Assembly (NCBI RefSeq): GCF_009914755.1
Contig: NC_060932.1
Reading direction: 5' to 3' (one strand)
Source of the DNA: the human T2T-CHM13v2.0 reference genome, Homo sapiens
DNA length: 64,000 nt
Position 1 is the first letter of the stretch. Each line of letters begins with the position of its first letter. Under the pieces are notes generated by a model. It was not told the DNA's origin. It was given only the letters and a program-made list of their open reading frames with translations, and did no database searches. Below are positions 56,494-64,000 of this stretch, one piece after another. Made by a program: the position numbers and the translations under genes.

Positions 56494-58196
56494 CAACATT
56501 TATGAAGTGCATACTGTGTGCTCGGGGCACTAGGATAAGTTCCCAAATGTAATTTCCTCCTGCTAAACATCTCTATAAGGTGAGGAATACTATTGGCATT
56601 TTACAAATTAGGACACCAAGGCTAGGAAAGGGGAAGTAACTTGCCCAAGGTCATGCAATTAATAAGTGGAAGAAGCCGCCTGGAGCTCAGGTCTCTGGAA
56701 CAGCAAAGACACAAGCTCACTGCACTGTAATGTAAACGGATGAATCCAAATGTCGGAGATTCTGCTTTAAAACCCACTAATACATTTTACAAATAGACAT
56801 ATAAGATTTAGCACACAAAGATGAACAGGATTAAAGTATTTTGATATTGTATTATGTGGAGTACATATGGTGTGGCAGCTCAAGGCAGACGAATTATTAA
56901 ATATGTACGGTGATCTTACAATGGGTATGGCCCGTCTCTTGCTTTCTAGGAATTGACCATCTTCCGGCAGCCCAACACCTAGTCCCCTGTGTATTATGCA
57001 CTATTACAAAACGTGTTCAAGTCGCCTTTTATGCCTAAGGCTTACATAAAAATTCATCTTGCCTTTCTGCGTCTATTTCCAAGTTTGAAGGACCTTTCTC
57101 CCTCCAATTAGCAACATTTCAGCACTGCACAGGGCTTATTAATGCTCACTGTTGCAAGTAACACCAAGGTAATTTGACTTTCTTGTAGGAACAATGTCGA
57201 CGAAATCCTACAGAATTAAATTTAAATTTCCAGTTTACAAAAAAAAACCGTGAAAGAACATTTCATTACCTTTATTATCTAGACGTATCTAATGACGTTA
57301 AGTAAAAACTGCACCAAGGCTTTGAAACCAGAAGAAAAGTGGAGTTTGTGAAATTTAACCACTCCATGCTTTTTATTAGTATTTCACTTATGAGTATTTC
57401 CCGAGGCTCACTGTTTTGGCAGGCACAGTGCTGTTAACATCTCTTCCTTTCTCACCATTCTTTGCTCATCGATGAAAAGATAACTTCAAAATCTCTGACA
57501 GGAATGCAGGTGCAGGAAGTGCGACGGAAACAAACAACTTTGCCTCCGCTTCCTACAGCTTTGCTCTCCTCCCCGCCCTTCTAGCCCCCATCCCACCCCA
57601 AGATCATGCCCTCGAACAGCTTCTGCCCACCGATCGCACGTCCCCCGGGCATGTTCGGACAGCGGTGACCCTCAGCCACATCCCCCACTAGCCCGGTCCC
57701 GGGCAGGCGAGCGCGCTGCCCACCGGCCACCCTCGTCACGCCCCCTCCACCCTCTCCATCCCAGCCACAATAATACAATAACCGCAGTCATCGCGCGGCA
57801 CGTGGAAAGGCTACTTTTCAGTGGGTTTTGCAGAAAGTAATCAGACAGCGGAAGGCCACGAGAAACGCTGGTGAAGCCAAACCGACCCCGGGAGCGCAGC
57901 GGCCCCGGACCCTCCCTGGAAGCTCCCTCCGCGTCCCCGCGCGCCCACCTGGAGGCGCCGCGCCCTCCGCCTGCCAAGCCGGTCCCCGGCCCCTGCCCGT
58001 GCCCTGGGCCCCCCGGCGGGCAGCGGCGGAGGGAGGCCAGGCGCGGCACCGTCCTCCGCAGCTGCACGAGCCACCCCGAGGTCGCGGGGTGGGCGGGCGC
58101 GAGCTAGGCGCGCGGGGCTGTGGGGATCTGCCGGCGCCACTGACGCCCCCGCGCGGCACACCGCGCCCGGCTGGCCCGGAAGGGGACCCGACTCAC

Positions 58197-58480
58197 CCGA
58201 AGCGCCCTGCTAGCTGCCCGGCCCGGCTCCGGCCGCTGCCGCCGTCGCTGAACTTTCCCTCCTGCGCGGCCGCCGCGGACTCGGCTCCACCTCCCGCTCC
58301 GGCAGCCGCGGAGCCTCCAGGGACCCCGGGGGCGGGGAGCAGCGGCGGCGGCGGCGGCTCGGGCGGGCGGGCGCAACAGCGGCCAAGCCTGGCGCCCCGC
58401 CGCAGGGTAGGTCCGGCGGGGGCGGCCAAGGCCGGGCTGGGGTCGCGGTTGGCCGCGTACAACCGCGTCACCCACGGCCT
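58197..58480 (-). other. CYRIB: Non-coding first exon (5'UTR), probably the CYRIB/FAM49B upstream promoter; TSS approximate
   Basis: Plus-strand ACTCAC at 58191-58196 reads as a consensus donor TCGG|GTGAGT on the minus strand inside the CpG island. No ATG in the exon; it carries a GCC repeat. Gene identity is from recall of the gene layout, not a search. Confidence 0.65.
58342..58358. repeat. (GCG)5+ trinucleotide repeat in the first exon
   Basis: GCGGCGGCGGCGGCGGC. Confidence 0.85.
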
Positions 58481-60182
58481 CTCTGCAGTGCGTCCCTGCG
58501 CCCGTCGGAGCGGCGCCCTGGCCGAAGCCTGTCACTCTCGGAAGGGGCCGCGCTCGGACACCAGGGGCGGTTTACGAGTGACTGGACACCAAGAGCCGGA
58601 GAAGTTTAGAGACTAGGACACTGTGGCGTGGCCCGAGTTGCAGGAGAGAGGTGTCCAATCTCCATGGGGTCCTTACTCTTGCAGGACAGAGTTCCCCATC
58701 CCCCTGCTCCACCCGCTCTGTTCCCTTGGCTGCCCTCCCCGCCGAGCGCCGACTTCCATGCAAAAACTTTGTAAATCGCACTTCGGGGAATTCACGCTTT
58801 AGTCGCGGTCTCTGCTGCCCTGGTCAGCTATAACGCCTCCCCTAGAGAGCTTTTACTTACAGCGAAGGTCAGGAACCCCTGTAACTCTCACACCGCACCA
58901 CTGTGGGTAAGCGATGTCTGCAGGGACCCCTGACGGCCACTGGGAGGCCAGGAGAGAAGAGGGAGAGGAAGGGCTAAAAAGGCAAGTGGAGTGTTGGGTA
59001 ATAAAAGATCCACCGCCACCTCCAGCACACACAGGCAGGCACCCTCCAGGGCCACAGGTCGCCTTTTATCTGTAAGTGCTCCAGCGCATCTCTGTGGGAG
59101 AGGGAGTTGGGAAATAGGATCGCCAATTTTCAGTGTAATTGAGGGGGACTCAGGAGGAGTCAGTTAGACTGGAAGAGGTCATCACCTGCAGATGCGGTTA
59201 AGCAACTTGCAGAGGCCCCAGGGCTGAGCCACCGCAGAACCGGAGCTGGAAACCAGTCCTATGACTCCTGAGGCAGTGCTCTTTCTACTACCTGGCCATG
59301 GCTCCTTCTACTGCCTGGCTCAGAGTCTCCATCTGGGAGATTCCGGCGCACCAGACTTTATTGCGGGCACAGGGTAGGCAGTCCTGAGGCTATAGGCACA
59401 GTCTTGAAGCAGCTCGGTTTCCATTAAGCTCCTGCTTACCTGCAGGAAGCATCCCTGAAGCAAGTTTTGCTTCCCACCTGGACTCCCCAGGTGGACCTAT
59501 CCCCACCCCACACCCTGAGTGAACTCTTCACCCTCGTGACCTAATATACCCACTGCAATTCAATTGAGACTTGGGAAACAGGGAAGTGGGTGTTTTCCAA
59601 ATGAATGAAAAATATGTCTATTCTGCTACTGCCCCAAAATGCTGCATAATGGAGGTAATAAATAGTTAACACAGCATACGTACACACATACATAGGTACA
59701 AGCCATTGGCCAAGGCTCCTTCCCACATTATCACACAGCACCCTCTTAAGGCAAATCATGATACTCCCCATTTTGCAGACGGAGGGCAGGACATGGAGGC
59801 TGGCGTTGGTTATGAGTTGTGTAAAGGTTAGAACCTTCACAGTCAAGCACTCTTTGGGTAACCAAGTAACCTCTTCAGAGCCTTCCCACTGCCACCGAAG
59901 CATTCCTACACCTCCCTATATTGGCAGGTGTGTTGTCAAAGCATTGATTTTCTTTCCTCTCCTGAAGCATCTCCCGTCCTTCTGCTCAGTGATATCTGCA
60001 GAATTAGAAAATACAGTTTCAGCATGGAATCTGGTCTGGAAGACAGCCCAGAGGACTTGAGCAGTAACTGCCAGGGCCCAGCACAGACACACACGGTTGG
60101 ACTCAGGTTCTAGACTATGTGGACAGGCTTGGGGAGGGTGGAGGAGGCGTCCTTGTTGCTGCAATTGGTTCTATAGCTGTTA

Positions 60183-60470
<288 letters not shown>

Positions 60471-61062
60471 GAGGGAGCTCACTTCAGGATTAATTACTTT
60501 TTTAGGGGCTTATAACTTATAACAGTACCTTGTTACCATTTCCAAATTTTTTCATTTGGATAGTAATATAAAAGCATAGCAATGTGCACAACAATATGTG
60601 TGATATCAGTATGTATCAATACATATCAATTCATAAAGCCAGTTCTAGCTAAGGGTTTGGTGCCCCCATACATTTTGACAACAATTAATATATGAAATGG
60701 TAAGAGAGCGGAAAAGGTGATAAAACTATGAAACCAAGTAACACAATGTGAGAAAAGATACACTTTTTTCTGGAAAAAAAAGCAAGTAGATGTGTAACAG
60801 CCTTTGGATTATCCCTTTGGAAGCCACTATTATCAAGCAGTATTGGTGGTACTTAGTGTCCGTCATTAGAAAAGGCAGCAGAGTATGAGGGAAAAGAATG
60901 GCCAACTCATCTCTGCAACCCCAGTGCCCTAACAATGTCTAGCAGAATGAAGTCAGTGAACCTAATAGAAGGATGGGTTCCTTTACACCTCAAAGACCAA
61001 AGGAGAATAACAACCAGGTTGAACACAAAACCTACGTGTAAAAACCAATTTTTAAGACGTAT

Positions 61063-61381
61063 GGCCAGGCATGGTGGCTCATGCCTGTAATCCCAGCACT
61101 TTGGGAGGCTAAGGCTGGAAAACTGCTTGAGGCCAGGAGTTCGAGACCAGCTTAGGCAACATAGTGAAACCCTTTCTCTACAAAACAAATTTTTTTAAAT
61201 TTAGCCAGGTATGGTGGTATATGCCATAGTCCCAGCTACGTGGGAGGCTGAGAAGGGAAGATCGCTTGAGCCCAGGACGCCAAGGCTGAAGTGAGCCAAG
61301 ATCACACCACTATACTCTAGTCTGGGCAACAGAGAGAGACTCTTTAAAATAATAATAATAATTACTACAAAAAAAAAAAAA
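61063..61381 (+). mobile_element. Alu (AluJ-like)
   Basis: Dimer with (AAT)n plus A tail. Confidence 0.92.
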
Positions 61382-61678
61382 GGCAGGGCATGGTAGCTCA
61401 CACCGGTAATCCTAACACTTTGGGAGACCGAGGCTGGCAGATCACTTGAGGTCAGGAGTTTGAGACCAGCCTGGCCAACATGATGAAACCCTATCTCTAC
61501 TTCAAAAATACAAAAGTTAGCCAGGCATGGTGGCAGGCATCTGTAATCCCAGCTACTCAGGAGGCTGAGGCATGAGAATTGCTTGAACCCTGGAAGGGGA
61601 GGTTGCAGTGAACCGAGATCACACCCCCACACTCCAGCCTGGGCAATAGAGCAAGACTCTGTCGTGAGAAAAAGAAAA
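61382..61678 (+). mobile_element. Alu (AluS-like) inserted into the tail of the preceding Alu
   Basis: Starts immediately after the A-tail in the same orientation. Confidence 0.92.
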
Positions 61679-62855
61679 GTTTCTATATGGAGTTTAGCTT
61701 TAGTCATGTGGTTAAACATTTTTCATAAACATGATTTGAGAATCAAAATATGTTATTTTAATTTACAAGGACATTACAAGTGTACCTTAATATGGTGCTG
61801 ATAATGCAGTAATAGTAAGGAAATATATAGAAAGTTGTGGAAATAAGTCAAGTCATGGTGTCAGAGTGATTTTATCCCCTTAGGGAAAAAATGGAATAAA
61901 ATATATGGCATCGTGGCATCATTTTTATAGGGCAGCCCATATAAAAATATATATTCTAAAACAATATATAAAGTGGCAAACTTTTACATTTATAAAACGC
62001 AAGATACGTACAATATGTTTAATATCTTTAATAACTTGTTTCAAATATATTTGAATAGGTATTTTTAGGTACAGAAATACTTCACACAGTTCAAGGTTAG
62101 ACTTCTCAGCCTCACCAGGGTCTTTGAGAACTTTGACCCAGAGCCATTCAGTAGCTGAAAGAACAGTTGTGAAACTCATTCATTAAAACTCAATTACATT
62201 ATTTTCGAAGACACGTACTCATGTCATGTTGACTCTTACTTTAAATACAGTTCTAGTAATCAGGGTTATCTGATTTCTTAGATGACAGCAAATGTGCCGT
62301 ATAGTTAGAGACTGCTCATTAGATGGAAGAGGATTGTTGTACCCAAGCATAAATACTGGCCAGACAGTACTATTGTGGGTGGTAAATCATTAAGCTAGGA
62401 TCTAATTATATTCCATAGAGTCTACTTAAGGAACATGGAAAATATGAAATATATTTCTAAATGAATTTTTTATTTTAAATGAGTAAAATAAACATTTGAC
62501 CTGGAGAGGTCAACTTTGCTCTTCTAGAAAAAAAAGGTCACACATGTTCAAGACCTCATTCCATAAGCACAACTCAAACATAGTGGGGGCTTTGTTAATA
62601 TTTGCTGACTGAAAAGGGGATGCTTTTAATTTCTTCTGGATGTTTTGAATTAACGCCTTTAAATATACACATTAAAATAAGCGAGTTGTTTCCTACTATT
62701 TTCAAATTTACACTCTTCATTGTTCGTGCTGTTTCTCTCCAGCTCAGTCCAGGAGGAGGACTAAAGGGGGAACGTGTGTCCCTCTCACTGCACCATTGCC
62801 GAGCTTTCTTCTCCAAATGGCACAACAGGCACAGCTCTCTGGTGTAACGCTTTCA

Positions 62856-63185
<330 letters not shown>

Positions 63186-64000
63186 TCATTTGGTACATCA
63201 GGGTGCTTCACAGGTTGAGTTTTTCATTCTACTTCTGTCCACTCAGCGTCGTCACTTCTCCAATCTATAGAAGAGAACAAAAGGGTAACAGAGGGAACTA
63301 GTACAGAAAACAAGATGAGTGGGGCAGCAGAGATTAATCTAGATCTGGTCTGCATCTGCCTGACATAAAATCCAGATATCTAAACACAGATCTGCTGAAA
63401 ACGGTGTCTTTTATTTCTACAGTAATTACACTAATTCACCAACGTGCATATCTAGCTCACCCAGACCTTTATTTATCAATTGGAAAACTAGTTTTCAAAT
63501 AGTTTCCCTTTGATAACTCAAAATTCAGTATTTTAGAGAAAGGTCTTCTAACCTTTACTCCACCTTTAATTTTTAAATTCTGATGGATAGGTTATTTAAA
63601 TTATTACTGTTGTTTCTTTCCAAGCATTTTTAGCACCACTTTAAAAAGTAGATATTTATCATTTAAGTCAATATCTACAAAATCCTGTCCCACTTTCATA
63701 CCTTACTCTGTGCCCTTTCACTATGAAACACTATGATAAACTCTCCATTAATAAGACAATATGTTTCAACACACATTATTATAAGAATCTTTATTACCAA
63801 TAGTAGAAATAAGATGCATAAAGGTACACTCAAGGATACTAGAAGAGCTACTGTATAAAATATTAACACTGAACAGGGAAAATAGCCTGAGGAAGGGAAG
63901 GGCGAGTATAGTCAGTATCAATACGTCCAAAAACAAGAAATGTCTAAAGAAAAGCAACAAGTGCGTTATCCGCCAAGAAAAGAAAAAGACAGGCAAAGGC

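Larger units (their letters stand above)
57570..58820. promoter_or_regulatory. CpG island / TATA-less promoter of a minus-strand gene
   Basis: Abrupt rise in GC and CpG density against CpG-depleted flanks. Contains GC boxes (GGGGGCGGGG 58328-58337, CCCCGCCC 57571) and an E-box CACGTG (57799-57804), with an ETS core CAGGAAGTG at ~57513 just outside. Confidence 0.93.

Noticed and set aside
57828-58616. 262-aa plus-strand ORF and overlapping minus-strand ORFs
   Set aside because: The 262-aa ORF has a non-ATG start. Low-complexity P/A/G/R content with several frames open at once is the expected stop-codon scarcity of a CpG island.

Overview
Primate (human-like) genomic DNA, rich in interspersed repeats: about 20 Alus plus L1, L2, MIR, MaLR/ERV1 solo LTRs and DNA-transposon MITEs. 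I can support no protein-coding exon; the ORF track is explained by Alu/L1/LTR sequence or CpG-island composition. A CpG island at about 57.6-58.8 kb holds a minus-strand non-coding first exon (donor TCGG|GTGAGT at 58197). A small minus-strand exon candidate lies 45 kb downstream at about 12770-12822. From memory this layout fits the upstream promoter and 5'UTR exons of CYRIB (FAM49B); that is unverified and needs BLAT. I found no convincing new multi-gene system. The best second-look items are: an Alu flanked by a ~130-bp direct repeat (giant TSD), a 197-bp local duplication ending at a hairpin, a 31-bp minisatellite built of p53-like half-sites, a 5'UTR mini-exon with a strong-Kozak uORF and tandem GT/GC donors, and a sense-oriented THE1 LTR with an intact splice donor upstream of that exon. 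Repeat boundaries and subfamilies were called by eye and are approximate.
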